The notes under the pieces are model-generated. The model made no database searches and had not been told where the DNA came from. It worked only from the letters and a program-made list of their open reading frames with translations. A stretch of DNA of 62,358 nucleotides, filler included. It is 7 parts of 7 records of this genome, joined end to end, with 100 filler letters (N's around TTAATTAATTAA, not from the genome) between each part and the next. Parts side by side here need not be neighbours in the genome. Positions count along the whole stretch, not along the records: positions 45,348 to 50,762 come from SRR20825010_10; positions 50,863 to 58,691 come from SRR20825010_19; positions 58,792 to 62,358 come from SRR20825010_44; 4 more parts are not named here. One strand, 5' to 3'. Position 1 is the first letter of the stretch, and each line of letters starts with the position of its first letter. Both the position numbers and the translations under genes were made by a program. Positions 49,434 to 59,714 of the stretch are shown in pieces.

Positions 49434-50216
49434 TCAAGCAGCTTCGCGATCAATGCCTCGTGTACCGAAAGCTTCGCGTCCCTCGATGATCGAACCTTTG
49501 TCGAACCGTTTACCAAAGTAGAGGGCCTGCGCCGAAGCGTCACTGAGTACGGTTTCCGCGTCTCCGCTGACCAGCACCTGACCAGCCGAGATGATATAAC
49601 TGCGGTCGGTAATGGTTAATGTTTCCCGTTCCCGGTGGTCGGTCAGCAGAATCGAAATGCCATCATCCCGCAGGTCGGCAATGATATCCTGAATATCATG
49701 GATGGTTACCGGGTCAATTCCGGTAAAAGGTTCATCGAGCAGGATCAGTTCGGGAGAACTGGCCAGGCAACGGGCGATTTCCAGACGTCGTCGTTCTCCC
49801 CCGGAAAGAGTGGAAGCAATCTGTTTCCGCTTCGCCGTCAGTCCAAACTGGTCCAGCAGCCGGTCGACCGTTTCGTGTCTCTGTTTGCGGGTCACATCCA
49901 GAAATTCGAGTATGGCATAGATGTTCTGCTCGATCGAAAGTTTCACAAAGACGCTTTCATCCTGAGGCAGGTAGCCCATTCCTTGCCGGGCCCGTTTATA
50001 CATAGGCCATTTCGTGACCTCAGTTCCTTGGAGATACACGCGGCCTTTGGTCGGAGCAACCATCCCACATGCCATTCGGAAGGTGGTCGTTTTGCCTGCA
50101 CCGTTGGGTCCGAGCAGACCGACGATCTCGCCGCGCTCCACAAAGAAGTCGACACCGTCGACGGCCCGTTTACCGGGATAATCTTTTACCAGGCCCACAC
50201 ATTCCAGTAATGCCAT
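49434..50216 (-). CDS. lptB: LPS export ABC ATPase LptB
   Basis: GPNGAGKTT, PMYKRAR, LSGGERRRLEIAR, LLDEPFTGIDP and TDH. Confidence 0.93.
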   Translation of the reverse strand: MALLECVGLVKDYPGKRAVDGVDFFVERGEIVGLLGPNGAGKTTTFRMACGMVAPTKGRVYLQGTEVTKWPMYKRARQGMGYLPQDESVFVKLSIEQNIYAILEFLDVTRKQRHETVDRLLDQFGLTAKRKQIASTLSGGERRRLEIARCLASSPELILLDEPFTGIDPVTIHDIQDIIADLRDDGISILLTDHRERETLTITDRSYIISAGQVLVSGDAETVLSDASAQALYFGKRFDKGSIIEGREAFGTRGIDREAA

Positions 50217-50335
50217 CGTACTCGTCCTCCTTGACGAAACTGCAATCGAAACTCACGCGAGAGATGATTCTACTAAATTATGCCATTCGGCTGAATATCG
50301 ATTTTTTATACACATGGGAGAAGTGCGATATGAGC

Positions 50336-50761
50336 TTACCGGATGCGTTTCATCCTGGAAAAATTAGGATAAAAGGGCACGGAGAGCTTGGCATAAGGGT
50401 CATCGGGATACTCTCCCGGACGCGTCTGATGGTAGAAAAACCGCTTGAGGGGGCCGACACTGGGTGAGTAACCGCGCCCATCATTCATAAACGGAATTCC
50501 ATGCGGCCAGTAGATCATAAAGGCTTTCCCGACCAGAGCAGAACGGGGAACAGCGTGCCGATGTTCTGCCTGACGCGAATTCCCCCAGAGTCGGCTGTCG
50601 GCACTGCGGGCAGAGTTATCACCGAGAACAAAAAACTCATCATCGGACATTTTATCAAACCGGACCTGCTGGCGGTGATCTTCATACTGACGACTCCAGG
50701 CAGCCGGATCCCAGAGCAATTCCCATAAGTGTCTGCGATCGCCGGAGTACTCCTGATTTTG
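50336..50761 (-). CDS. lepB: Signal peptidase I, C-terminal fragment
   Basis: FFVLGDNSARSADSRLWG and VGKAFMIYWP. The frame is open to the contig end. Confidence 0.85.
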   Translation of the reverse strand, partial: QNQEYSGDRRHLWELLWDPAAWSRQYEDHRQQVRFDKMSDDEFFVLGDNSARSADSRLWGNSRQAEHRHAVPRSALVGKAFMIYWPHGIPFMNDGRGYSPSVGPLKRFFYHQTRPGEYPDDPYAKLSVPFYPNFSRMKRIR

Positions 50762-50762
50762 A

Positions 50763-50862
50763 NNNNNNNNNNNNNNNNNNNNNNNNNNNNNNNNNNNNNN
50801 NNNNNNTTAATTAATTAANNNNNNNNNNNNNNNNNNNNNNNNNNNNNNNNNNNNNNNNNNNN
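50763..50862. other. Artificial contig-joining spacer
   Basis: N44-TTAATTAATTAA-N44. Confidence 0.99.
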
Positions 50863-51564
50863 GTGTATGATTTGGTTACCAAATGCTTTAATGATAAAAC
50901 CAAATACCCTGAATACACTATTTTAAAAGCACATAGAAAAGCTTTGCAAAAAGATGCTTCAATGATTGAAATGAAGGATTTTGGGGAAGGTTCACGAGTT
51001 TTCAAAGGCAACGCCCGAAAAGTTTCTGCAGTCTTAAAAAACGCAGGGATGAAAAAAAAGCGTCAGAAGCTGTTATTTAGATTGGCTACATATTTTAAAA
51101 GTGAAAATGTTTTAGAATTAGGCACTTCTCTTGGATTGGGGACAACTGCACTTTCGGTTTCAAATGAATTTACAGCTATTCACACAGTAGAAGGCTGCCC
51201 AAATACTTTTAAAAAAGCACAAGAATATTTTGAAAAATTCAACTTTCATAATATTGAAATTCATCAAAAATTATTCAATGCATACCTTTCTGAAAATACT
51301 TCAGAAAAATTCGACCTTATTTTTATTGATGGCGATCATAACGGAGAACGGACTTTAGGTTACTTCAATTCACTTTTAAAAAATGTGCATAATAATTCAA
51401 TCATTATATTTGATGATATCTATTGGAGTAAAGATATGACCGCGGCTTGGAAACAAGTAATTGCCCATGAAAAAGTTACTGTAAGTATCGATACGTTTCA
51501 ATGGGGAATGGTTTTTTTTAGAAAAGAGCAACCAAAACAGCATTTTATATTGCGGGTCCGCTAA
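50863..51564 (+). CDS. Class I SAM-dependent methyltransferase (5'-truncated)
   Basis: LELGTSLG, FIDGDH and FDDIYWS. Confidence 0.85.
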   Translation: MYDLVTKCFNDKTKYPEYTILKAHRKALQKDASMIEMKDFGEGSRVFKGNARKVSAVLKNAGMKKKRQKLLFRLATYFKSENVLELGTSLGLGTTALSVSNEFTAIHTVEGCPNTFKKAQEYFEKFNFHNIEIHQKLFNAYLSENTSEKFDLIFIDGDHNGERTLGYFNSLLKNVHNNSIIIFDDIYWSKDMTAAWKQVIAHEKVTVSIDTFQWGMVFFRKEQPKQHFILRVR

Positions 51565-51677
51565 GTGTTAAAGTAATCTTTTCGCATTTCAAGAATTTCT
51601 TTTCTCTTTAAAGTTTGAACTACATTTGTAACATCCCACGTACCTTTGCGTCCTATATAGCATATTGAAAAACGTCT

Positions 51678-52376
51678 ATGAGCTTAGTAATTAAAATTCG
51701 AAATATCACTCGGGATTTTCCGCTGGGAAATGAAATTGTAAAAGTTTTAAAAGGAATTGATTTAGATATTGAACGCGGCGAATACGTTGCTTTAATGGGA
51801 CCATCAGGTTCAGGAAAATCAACATTAATGAACCTTTTAGGATGCTTAGACACTCCTACTTCTGGAAGCTACGAGCTTAACGGGAGCGATGTTAGCAATA
51901 TGACGGATGATAACTTGGCTGAAATTAGAAACAAAGAAATAGGTTTTGTTTTTCAAACTTTTAACCTTCTTCCACGAACTACAGCACTTGAAAATGTTGC
52001 GTTACCAATGATTTATGCAGGCGCATCAAAAGCCGAACGCACCGAACGCGCAATAGAAGTTTTAACAAATGTTGGTTTAGCAGACCGAATGGACCACAAA
52101 CCCAATCAACTTTCTGGAGGGCAAAGACAACGTGTGGCTGTTGGTAGAGCTTTGGTGAACAAACCTTCCATTATTTTGGCAGATGAACCTACAGGAAACT
52201 TAGATTCAAAAACTTCATTAGAAATTATGAGTCTTTTTAATGAAATCCATAAAGCTGGAAATACCGTAATACTTGTTACTCACGAAGAAGAAATTGCTGA
52301 TAATGCCCATAGAATTATTAGACTACGCGATGGTGTGGTTGAAAGTGATACTAAGAAAAATGTAATGAGTAGTTAA
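51678..52376 (+). CDS. ABC ATPase (LolD/MacB-like)
   Basis: [28 protein letters not shown] and ADEPTGNLD. Confidence 0.93.
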   Translation: MSLVIKIRNITRDFPLGNEIVKVLKGIDLDIERGEYVALMGPSGSGKSTLMNLLGCLDTPTSGSYELNGSDVSNMTDDNLAEIRNKEIGFVFQTFNLLPRTTALENVALPMIYAGASKAERTERAIEVLTNVGLADRMDHKPNQLSGGQRQRVAVGRALVNKPSIILADEPTGNLDSKTSLEIMSLFNEIHKAGNTVILVTHEEEIADNAHRIIRLRDGVVESDTKKNVMSS

Positions 52377-52409
52377 AAAAATTATTCATTATTCATTTAT
52401 CTTTGAAGT

Positions 52410-52586
52410 ATGAATCTTGACCTTTCAAACCCTATAATCTTAATAATTGGCGGAATATTTCTATTAGCCTTACTTTATTTTTGGAACAAACGTAATACCA
52501 ACAACCAAAGACAGCGAAAGCAAAAAAGTTTTCGCAGTAATTATTACGAACGAAAAAAAGAACGGGAGAAAGAAAGTGAGCAATAG
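52410..52586 (+). CDS. Small single-TM protein (58 aa, not in the ORF track)
   Basis: MNLDLSNPIILIIGGIFLLALLYFWNKRNTNNQRQRKQKSFRSNYYERKKEREKESEQ*. TATCTTTG ends 4 nt upstream of the ATG. Confidence 0.7.
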   Translation: MNLDLSNPIILIIGGIFLLALLYFWNKRNTNNQRQRKQKSFRSNYYERKKEREKESEQ

Positions 52587-52678
52587 GCAGTTGCAGTTAG
52601 CAGTAATTGGATTACAATATTCTTAGGGTTATTTGTAAATTTGAAGCAAAACCTCATCCCTAAAATCAAAAAATTATT

Positions 52679-53251
52679 ATGAAAATATATACCAAAACCG
52701 GTGATGCTGGCACTACCGCCCTATTTGGAGGCACGCGTGTTCCCAAACACAACATTCGTATAGAAAGTTATGGAACGGTAGATGAACTTAACTCATACCT
52801 CGGCTTAATCCGCACTCAACAAATAGACCCACGAAGCAAAGAAATATTGGTTCACATTCAGGATAGATTATTTACCCTAGGTGCAATTTTAGCTACTGCA
52901 CCGGAAAAAGAAACTCTAAAAAACGGCAAAGAACGCCTCAATATTCCAAAAATAGACGAAGAAGACATTACCCTCTTAGAAAAAGAAATGGATATTATGA
53001 ACGATGCCCTGCCACCAATGACACATTTCATTCTTCCAGGCGGAAACACAACTGTGTCATATTGTCACATTGCCCGTACTATTTGTCGCCGTGCCGAACG
53101 CCGTACAACGCTTTTAAATGAAAATGAGCCAGTTGATGAAAGAGTGCTAAAGTATTTAAACCGACTATCTGACTACCTATTTGTGCTGGCACGAAAGTTG
53201 TCCAAAGACACAAACGCGGAAGAGACACAATGGATACCTCAAAAACTATAA
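52679..53251 (+). CDS. Cob(I)alamin adenosyltransferase (PduO-type)
   Basis: KIYTKTGDAG, YGTVDELNS, RRAER and YLNRLSDYLF. Confidence 0.95.
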   Translation: MKIYTKTGDAGTTALFGGTRVPKHNIRIESYGTVDELNSYLGLIRTQQIDPRSKEILVHIQDRLFTLGAILATAPEKETLKNGKERLNIPKIDEEDITLLEKEMDIMNDALPPMTHFILPGGNTTVSYCHIARTICRRAERRTTLLNENEPVDERVLKYLNRLSDYLFVLARKLSKDTNAEETQWIPQKL

Positions 53252-53395
53252 ATCGATTCCATTACAAAAAATTACAGTATCTGATTTTCAGCTACTTACA
53301 TAAGTTCTTTAAAATATAGCAGAAATAATTCGGATTTTTCTTGACTTTTTGATCTAAAAAATTACTTTTGCAGAAAAATAAAACCTAACGTTACT

Positions 53396-53617
53396 ATGTA
53401 CTGGACATTAGAATTAGCATCTTATTTAAGCGATGCGCCCTGGCCCGCAACCAAAGACGAATTGATTGATTACGCGATCAGGACCGGTGCTCCACTGGAA
53501 GTAGTGGAAAACCTTCAGGCAATTGAAGACGAAGGAGACTCTTATGACTCTATTGAAGAGATATGGGCAGACTATCCTACAGACGACGATTATCTTTGGA
53601 ATGAGGATGAATATTAA
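53396..53617 (+). CDS. DUF2795-family small protein
   Basis: MYWTLELASYLSDAPWPATKDELIDYAIR, a highly conserved Bacteroidota protein. TACTTTTG promoter element upstream. Confidence 0.88.
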   Translation: MYWTLELASYLSDAPWPATKDELIDYAIRTGAPLEVVENLQAIEDEGDSYDSIEEIWADYPTDDDYLWNEDEY

Positions 53618-53651
53618 TCCCAAGATTTTGGGAAAACATTTAAAATAATAT

Positions 53652-53681
53652 AAAAAGTCTCTTTTAAAGGGGCTTTTTTTT
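53652..53681 (+). terminator. Intrinsic terminator
   Basis: AAAAAGTCTCTTT...AAAGGGGCTTTTTTTT stem with G-U pairs. Confidence 0.7.
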
Positions 53682-53846
53682 ATTTAAAAAATAGTGTAGA
53701 AATAAATCTACCAATACAGAATACTTTAATTATTCGTGTATTAGGTGACAAAATATTATTCAGAAATATAAATACTATATCCTGAAAAAAAACTGAATTG
53801 ACAAAATAGTGCTGCATAGCAACACTTCAAAATAAATTAACACATC

Positions 53847-56800
53847 ATGGGATTATTAGACAATATATTAAAAACGTTTGTAGGCGATAAATCGAAGAAA
53901 GATATAGGCGAAATACAACCGTTAGTTAACGAAGTAAAAAAACACGAAGCTGTACTCGAAAAACTCTCCCACGATGAGCTTCGCGCAAAAACAGATTATT
54001 TCAAAAAAGAAATAAAAGACGCTCAAAAAGATGTTCAAGACCAAATTAATGCCCTTGAAAGTCAATCGGAAAACGAGCAAAACATCAATAAAAAAGAAGA
54101 TTATTACAACCAAATTGACAAACTAAAAGACGATCGCTACGAAATAGAAAAAGCGACACTTATCAAAATACTTCCGGAAGCCTTTGCCGTAATGAAAGAA
54201 ACAGCAAAACGCTTTAAAGAAAACCAAACCATTACTGTTACAGCAAGCCAGTTTGATCGCGAAATTTCTGCTGCAAAAGAATATGTAACACTTGAAGACG
54301 ACAAAGCAATCTGGCAAAACTCGTGGAATGCCGCTGGTAAAGAAGTAACCTGGGATATGGTGCATTACGATGTACAACTTATTGGTGGGGTTGCACTTCA
54401 CGAAGGGAAAGTTGCCGAAATGCATACTGGTGAAGGTAAAACATTAGTAGCTACACTTCCCATGTATTTGAATGCCCTTGCTGGAAACGGAGTTCACCTT
54501 GTAACTGTAAACGACTATCTGGCAAAACGTGATAGCGCATGGATGGCACCATTGTTCCAATTTCATGGTATGACGGTAGATTGTATTGACAACTATACTC
54601 CAAATTCTTCAGAACGTAGAAAAGCTTACTTAGCAGATATTACCTACGGAACTAACAACGAATTTGGCTTCGATTATCTTCGTGATAATATGGCACATGC
54701 TCCGAACGATTTGGTGCAACGCCCGCACCACTATGCAATTGTAGATGAGGTAGATTCAGTTTTAATTGATGACGCACGTACACCGCTTATTATTTCTGGC
54801 CCAGTTCCTGAAGGTGATCGCCACGAATTTAACGAGTTAAAACCAAAAATTAACGACATTGTTGAAGTTCAGAAAAAATACTTAAACGGTGTTTTAGCTG
54901 AAGCAAAAAAGCTTATAAAAGAAGGCGATGCTAAAGAAGGCGGTTTTCAATTACTTCGTGCATACCGTGGACTACCTAAAAACAAGGCTTTAATTAAATA
55001 CCTTTCGGAAGAAGGTGTAAAACAAATTCTTCAGAAAACGGAAAATCACTATATGAGTGATAACAACCGTGAAATGCCTAAGATTGATGCGGAGCTTTAT
55101 TTTGTGATTGATGAAAAAAACAACCAGATAGAACTTACCGATAAAGGTGTAAACTATCTTTCTGGTGAAAACGATCCTGATTTCTTTGTAATGCCAGAAA
55201 TTGGAACAGAAATAGCCGAAATTGAGAAAAAAGGACTTCCAAAAGAAGAAGAGGTTGCTCAAAAAGAAGAACTTTTCCGTGAGTTTTCTGTAAAAAGTGA
55301 ACGCATCCACACCATGAACCAACTACTAAAAGCCTATACGCTTTTTGAAAAAGATGATCAGTATGTGGTAATGGAAAACAAGGTGATGATTGTAGATGAG
55401 CAAACCGGTCGTATTATGGACGGGCGGCGTTATAGCGACGGACTTCACCAAGCAATAGAAGCCAAAGAAAATGTAAAAATTGAAGCGGCAACGCAAACTT
55501 TTGCAACAGTAACTCTTCAAAATTATTTTAGAATGTACCGCAAACTTTCGGGGATGACGGGTACAGCGGTAACTGAAGCGGGTGAGCTTTGGGAAATCTA
55601 TAAACTAGATGTGGTAGAAATACCAACCAACCGCCCAATAGCACGTCATGACCGTGAAGATAAAATTTACAAAACAAAAAGAGAAAAATACAATGCCGTA
55701 GCTGATGAAGTAGTTGCACTTTCAAGAGCAGGAAGACCTGTTTTGATTGGTACTACTTCCGTAGAAATTTCAGAGTTATTGAGTAGAATGCTTAGTATCA
55801 AAAATATTCCTCATAACGTATTGAACGCAAAGCTTCACAAACGTGAGGCAGATATTGTTGCTGAAGCAGGAAAAAGCGGTATCGTTACCATCGCCACAAA
55901 CATGGCAGGTCGTGGAACGGATATAAAACTGAGCGAAGAAGTAAAAAATGCTGGTGGACTTGCAATTGTAGGGACAGAGCGTCACGATTCGCGTCGTGTA
56001 GACAGACAGTTACGTGGTCGAAGTGGTCGTCAAGGAGATCCAGGAAGCTCACAATTTTATGTTTCATTGGAAGATAACTTGATGCGTCTCTTCGGAAGTG
56101 ATAAAATCGCAAAAATGATGGACCGCATGGGCTTGAAAGAAGGCGAAGTTATCCAACACAGTATGATTTCAAAATCTATTGAGCGCGCACAGAAAAAAGT
56201 GGAAGAAAACAACTTTGGTGTTCGTAAAAGATTGCTTGAGTATGATGATGTAATGAATGCACAACGTGAAGTAGTTTACAAACGTCGTTACCACGCACTA
56301 TTCGGCGACCGTCTTCGCGTGGATATTGCAAACATGATTTTTGATACTGCCGAAGTAATTGCCGAAAGCAATAAAATGGCGCAGGATTTCAAAAACTTTG
56401 ATTTTGAATTGATTCGTTTCTTCTCTATGAGTTCTCCTATTTCTGAAAAGGAATTTGAGAAAATGGATAGCAAAGAAATTGCTGGAAAAGTATATAGAGC
56501 CGCATATCTTCATTATCAAGATAAAATGACTCGTAATGCTGAAATGGCTTTCCCGGTAATTAAAAATGTGTACGAAACACAGAAAGACAAATACAAGCGT
56601 ATTTTAGTTCCTTTTACTGATGGTGTAAAAACCTTGAACGTTGCTACAGATCTTGAAAAAGCATACGAAACTGAAGGAAAGCAATTGGTAAACGATTTTG
56701 AAAAGAACATTACACTTGCTATTATTGACGATTCTTGGAAAACACACCTTCGTAAAATGGACGAGTTAAAACAATCTGTGCAGCTTGCGGTTCACGAACA

Positions 56801-57200
56801 AAAAGATCCGTTGTTAATTTATAAGTTTGAAGCATTTGAGCTTTTTAAAGCAATGATCGAGAAGGTGAACAAAGATGTTATTTCATTCCTTTTCAAAGGA
56901 GAATTACCTCAGGAAAACCAACAACAGATTCAAGAAGCACGAGAAGTAAAGCGTAAAGAAAACTTAAGCGAGCAGAAAGACGAGATTCCAAATATGGATG
57001 AACGCGCTTCACAGTCGCGCGCAGCTGGTAATACACAACGCCAACAAGTAACTGAAACCATTACACGTGAACGCCCGAAAATTAATCGTAATGATAAAGT
57101 AACCATCAAAAATGTGATGAGCGGCGAAAACAAAGAAATGAAGTTTAAACAAGCCATTCCATTGCTTGATAAAGGCGAGTGGGTTTTGGTAGATGAGTAA
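53847..57200 (+). CDS. secA: Preprotein translocase ATPase SecA
   Basis: MHTGEGKT, DEVDSVLIDDARTPLIISG, ATNMAGRGTDI and QLRGRSGRQGDPG. Confidence 0.98.
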   Translation: MGLLDNILKTFVGDKSKKDIGEIQPLVNEVKKHEAVLEKLSHDELRAKTDYFKKEIKDAQKDVQDQINALESQSENEQNINKKEDYYNQIDKLKDDRYEIEKATLIKILPEAFAVMKETAKRFKENQTITVTASQFDREISAAKEYVTLEDDKAIWQNSWNAAGKEVTWDMVHYDVQLIGGVALHEGKVAEMHTGEGKTLVATLPMYLNALAGNGVHLVTVNDYLAKRDSAWMAPLFQFHGMTVDCIDNYTPNSSERRKAYLADITYGTNNEFGFDYLRDNMAHAPNDLVQRPHHYAIVDEVDSVLIDDARTPLIISGPVPEGDRHEFNELKPKINDIVEVQKKYLNGVLAEAKKLIKEGDAKEGGFQLLRAYRGLPKNKALIKYLSEEGVKQILQKTENHYMSDNNREMPKIDAELYFVIDEKNNQIELTDKGVNYLSGENDPDFFVMPEIGTEIAEIEKKGLPKEEEVAQKEELFREFSVKSERIHTMNQLLKAYTLFEKDDQYVVMENKVMIVDEQTGRIMDGRRYSDGLHQAIEAKENVKIEAATQTFATVTLQNYFRMYRKLSGMTGTAVTEAGELWEIYKLDVVEIPTNRPIARHDREDKIYKTKREKYNAVADEVVALSRAGRPVLIGTTSVEISELLSRMLSIKNIPHNVLNAKLHKREADIVAEAGKSGIVTIATNMAGRGTDIKLSEEVKNAGGLAIVGTERHDSRRVDRQLRGRSGRQGDPGSSQFYVSLEDNLMRLFGSDKIAKMMDRMGLKEGEVIQHSMISKSIERAQKKVEENNFGVRKRLLEYDDVMNAQREVVYKRRYHALFGDRLRVDIANMIFDTAEVIAESNKMAQDFKNFDFELIRFFSMSSPISEKEFEKMDSKEIAGKVYRAAYLHYQDKMTRNAEMAFPVIKNVYETQKDKYKRILVPFTDGVKTLNVATDLEKAYETEGKQLVNDFEKNITLAIIDDSWKTHLRKMDELKQSVQLAVHEQKDPLLIYKFEAFELFKAMIEKVNKDVISFLFKGELPQENQQQIQEAREVKRKENLSEQKDEIPNMDERASQSRAAGNTQRQQVTETITRERPKINRNDKVTIKNVMSGENKEMKFKQAIPLLDKGEWVLVDE

Positions 57201-57219
57201 AATCATTTTAGAAATAAAT

Positions 57220-57254
57220 AAAAAATCCCGAGGTAGTTACTTCGGGATTTTTTT
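57220..57254 (+). terminator. Intrinsic terminator after secA
   Basis: AAAAAATCCCGAGGTA-GT-TACTTCGGGATTTTTTT. Confidence 0.85.
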
Positions 57255-57309
57255 ATAAATAAGTTATCTTTAATCCAAATTGTAAGTCATACTTTAATCA
57301 ACTTAAGCA

Positions 57310-57786
57310 ATGCAAAAAATCTTTATAGAATTTAAATGGGCCATAATTTTTACCATTACCATCCTTTCGTGGATGTTGTTAGAAAAAACATTGGGATGGC
57401 ATGAAGAACAAATTGCAGATCATCATTGGCTAACTCTTTTCTTTGCACCCTTTGCTATTTTTATGTATTTATTAGAAATGCGTGAAAAAAGAAGAAGGGT
57501 TTATGAAGGAAAAATGACTTGGCTTCAAGGATTTATTTCAGGACTTATATTGAGTGTTTTTATAACCTTCCTTTCACCTTTAGCACAATTTATAACGCAC
57601 AATTACATTACTCCAGAATACTTCAATAACGTAATAGAATACTCCGTAACTAACGAATTGATGTCGCGCACTAAGGCTAATGACTATTTTAATATAAACA
57701 ACTATATATGGCAATCAGCCTTTGGAGCACTCGGTTTTGGAATTGCGACTGCAGCAATAGTAGCTGTTTTTGTTCGGAAGAAGTAA
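57310..57786 (+). CDS. DUF4199-like membrane protein
   Basis: Four TM segments, MTWLQGFISG and ITPEYF. Confidence 0.7.
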   Translation: MQKIFIEFKWAIIFTITILSWMLLEKTLGWHEEQIADHHWLTLFFAPFAIFMYLLEMREKRRRVYEGKMTWLQGFISGLILSVFITFLSPLAQFITHNYITPEYFNNVIEYSVTNELMSRTKANDYFNINNYIWQSAFGALGFGIATAAIVAVFVRKK

Positions 57787-57851
57787 TAAACAAATTCTTA
57801 CAACCAAGAAAAAGCTAACAACTTCAAAACTATTAATTTCAGAATACTAAT

Positions 57852-58427
57852 TTAGTCGCCACTTGTATTAAACCTACGTTGTGCCCACTGTTGTAATAGA
57901 TAAAATAGCCAGCCTATTATTCCGCCAAAAGCCATACCAGTAATAACATCTAAGGGGTAATGAACACCTAGATAAATTCTGCTATAACCAGTCATTACTG
58001 CCCAAATAAGTAATAAAAAAGGTACGTATTTAAACCATTTTTGAAGACTTAATCCTAAAAAAACCGCTGCAGCCATCGAGCTTGCAGCATGTGCAGAAAA
58101 GTATCCAAACCTACCGCAACCATCAGCAACGTAACGCATTTGTTCTTTTAGTTCTGCCACTTGGCAAGGCCGCGGGCGACGAATACCATATTTAAAAAGA
58201 TTCGCAAGTTGATCTGTAGCAGTTATCATTAAAGCAACACAAACAATAATTATAAGCGTTCCTTTCAGCCCATACTTTTTGTATATTAAATACAGAAGAA
58301 CAACGTAGATTGGGATAGAAGACCATTTTTCAGTTACAAAACGCCAAAAACCATCCCAAGAAGTGTTTCCTAAATTATTTAGGAAAAGGAAAAATTGGGT
58401 ATCGTATTTTAGAAGTTCTTCAATCAT
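57852..58427 (-). CDS. PAP2-family phosphatase
   Basis: KYGIRRPRP, FSAHA and SRIYLGVHYPLD. Confidence 0.92.
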   Translation of the reverse strand: MIEELLKYDTQFFLFLNNLGNTSWDGFWRFVTEKWSSIPIYVVLLYLIYKKYGLKGTLIIIVCVALMITATDQLANLFKYGIRRPRPCQVAELKEQMRYVADGCGRFGYFSAHAASSMAAAVFLGLSLQKWFKYVPFLLLIWAVMTGYSRIYLGVHYPLDVITGMAFGGIIGWLFYLLQQWAQRRFNTSGD

Positions 58428-58654
58428 TCTTCGTCGTAAAGGGCAATTTCTCTATCGTAAAATTCTGTAGCACCTTGAATTAAATTTTCAGCCTCTGCCT
58501 CCAATTCTTTTTGGTCTTCAGCATCAAAATCTTCCAACCATTCCACTTCATCATTTTCAAGATTAATAATAAAACGTGGAAACTCTGTATGTATTACGAA
58601 AATCGCCGTTGGAAAATCGCTGTTGTCACCTAATAAATATTTTGGAAAATCCAT
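58424..58654 (-). CDS. Conserved acidic hypothetical protein
   Basis: PKYLLGDN...FVIHTEFPRF, with an ATGA overlap into the PAP2 gene. Confidence 0.75.
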   Translation of the reverse strand: MDFPKYLLGDNSDFPTAIFVIHTEFPRFIINLENDEVEWLEDFDAEDQKELEAEAENLIQGATEFYDREIALYDEE

Positions 58655-58661
58655 AGTATGA

Positions 58662-58691
58662 TTGTTGGTTGTTGGTTGTTGGTTGTTGGTT
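58662..58691. repeat. Heptamer tandem repeat (TTGTTGG)4+
   Basis: Four full copies run into the contig end. Confidence 0.9.
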
Positions 58692-58791
58692 NNNNNNNNN
58701 NNNNNNNNNNNNNNNNNNNNNNNNNNNNNNNNNNNTTAATTAATTAANNNNNNNNNNNNNNNNNNNNNNNNNNNNNNNNNNNNNNNNNNNN
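58692..58791. other. Artificial contig-joining spacer
   Basis: N44-TTAATTAATTAA-N44. Confidence 0.99.
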
Positions 58792-58826
58792 AAGGAAACA
58801 AATTAAACCCATTTCGATGCAAAGTA

Positions 58827-58934
58827 CTTCGGCAAACTCAGCACAGGCTCTGAGGAATTAAACCCTCAATGAGAGATTCAAAGGAAAAGCTAAAAAATAT
58901 TTCGTATTAATCCCTTCGGAAAACTCAGGACAGG
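58827..58934 (+). repeat. Two copies of a REP-like element CTTCGGMAAACTCAGSACAGG
   Basis: 58827-58847 and 58914-58934 match at 19 of 21 positions. Confidence 0.7.
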
Positions 58935-58988
58935 TTTTGGAGCATTCAAATCTCGATTATCAAGTAACAACAGGAACTCATAAGTTAT

Positions 58989-59450
58989 ATGAAGACAAAT
59001 TATTGTGAAAAAATAGGATATACAATTGCGGTACTAGGTACAGCAACAATTTTAATTTGGATAGGCTTATTTAAGTTTACGGAAACAGAAGCAAAAGCCA
59101 TCGAAAATTTAGTGGCTAATCACCCGATGATGAATATTTTTTATTCATTTTTTTCCATCCAAGAAACCTCTATTATTATAGGTATAATGGAAATTATTAC
59201 AGCTCTGGGATTAATTCTCTCTTTTTGGAGTAAAAAAGCAGGAGTTATAGCTGGAACATTAACAACGCTAACTTTTTTAACTACACTTAGCTTTTTATAT
59301 ACTACTCCTAATACTTGGAAATTTGTGGATGATTTTTTTGTTACAAATTTCTTTATACTAAAAGACCTTCCAATATTTGGGATAGGACTCATAGTATTGG
59401 GGAAAAGTTTAAATAAATCCAAGAATAGTAATCGTAGAGGCGTGTATTAA
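58989..59450 (+). CDS. DUF417/YkgB-family membrane protein
   Basis: WIGLFKFTETEAKAI, TTLSFL and FILKD. Confidence 0.85.
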   Translation: MKTNYCEKIGYTIAVLGTATILIWIGLFKFTETEAKAIENLVANHPMMNIFYSFFSIQETSIIIGIMEIITALGLILSFWSKKAGVIAGTLTTLTFLTTLSFLYTTPNTWKFVDDFFVTNFFILKDLPIFGIGLIVLGKSLNKSKNSNRRGVY

Positions 59451-59714
59451 ATACAGCCATTTTTAGGTATTTGAATTGTATTTAACTAAAACCTTTCAAT
59501 TTTATATAATTTATTGATTGTAAAAAAATAGTTTAATAATAATGTAAAAAATACTTCATAATGTGAAATATTTTATCTATATTAGTACGTATATATACCT
59601 CACGTCTTTATAATTTAATTTTTCAATTTTTATATAATATTTGGTGGTAAAGAAACCATCCCCCCATGCTACTAACGTTGCAAGCTAAATATTGTAACTA
59701 TTTTGATTAATTCC

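Noticed and set aside
4933-58791. Recurrent TTAATTAATTAA flanked by N runs as a biological repeat
   Set aside because: It is an identical 100-bp synthetic spacer. ORF ends reported inside it are artefacts.
58792-58826. Possible minus-strand promoter and start of a leader or riboswitch (TTTGCATCGAAATGGGTTT)
   Set aside because: It is cut off by the contig end, and there is too little sequence to support any call.
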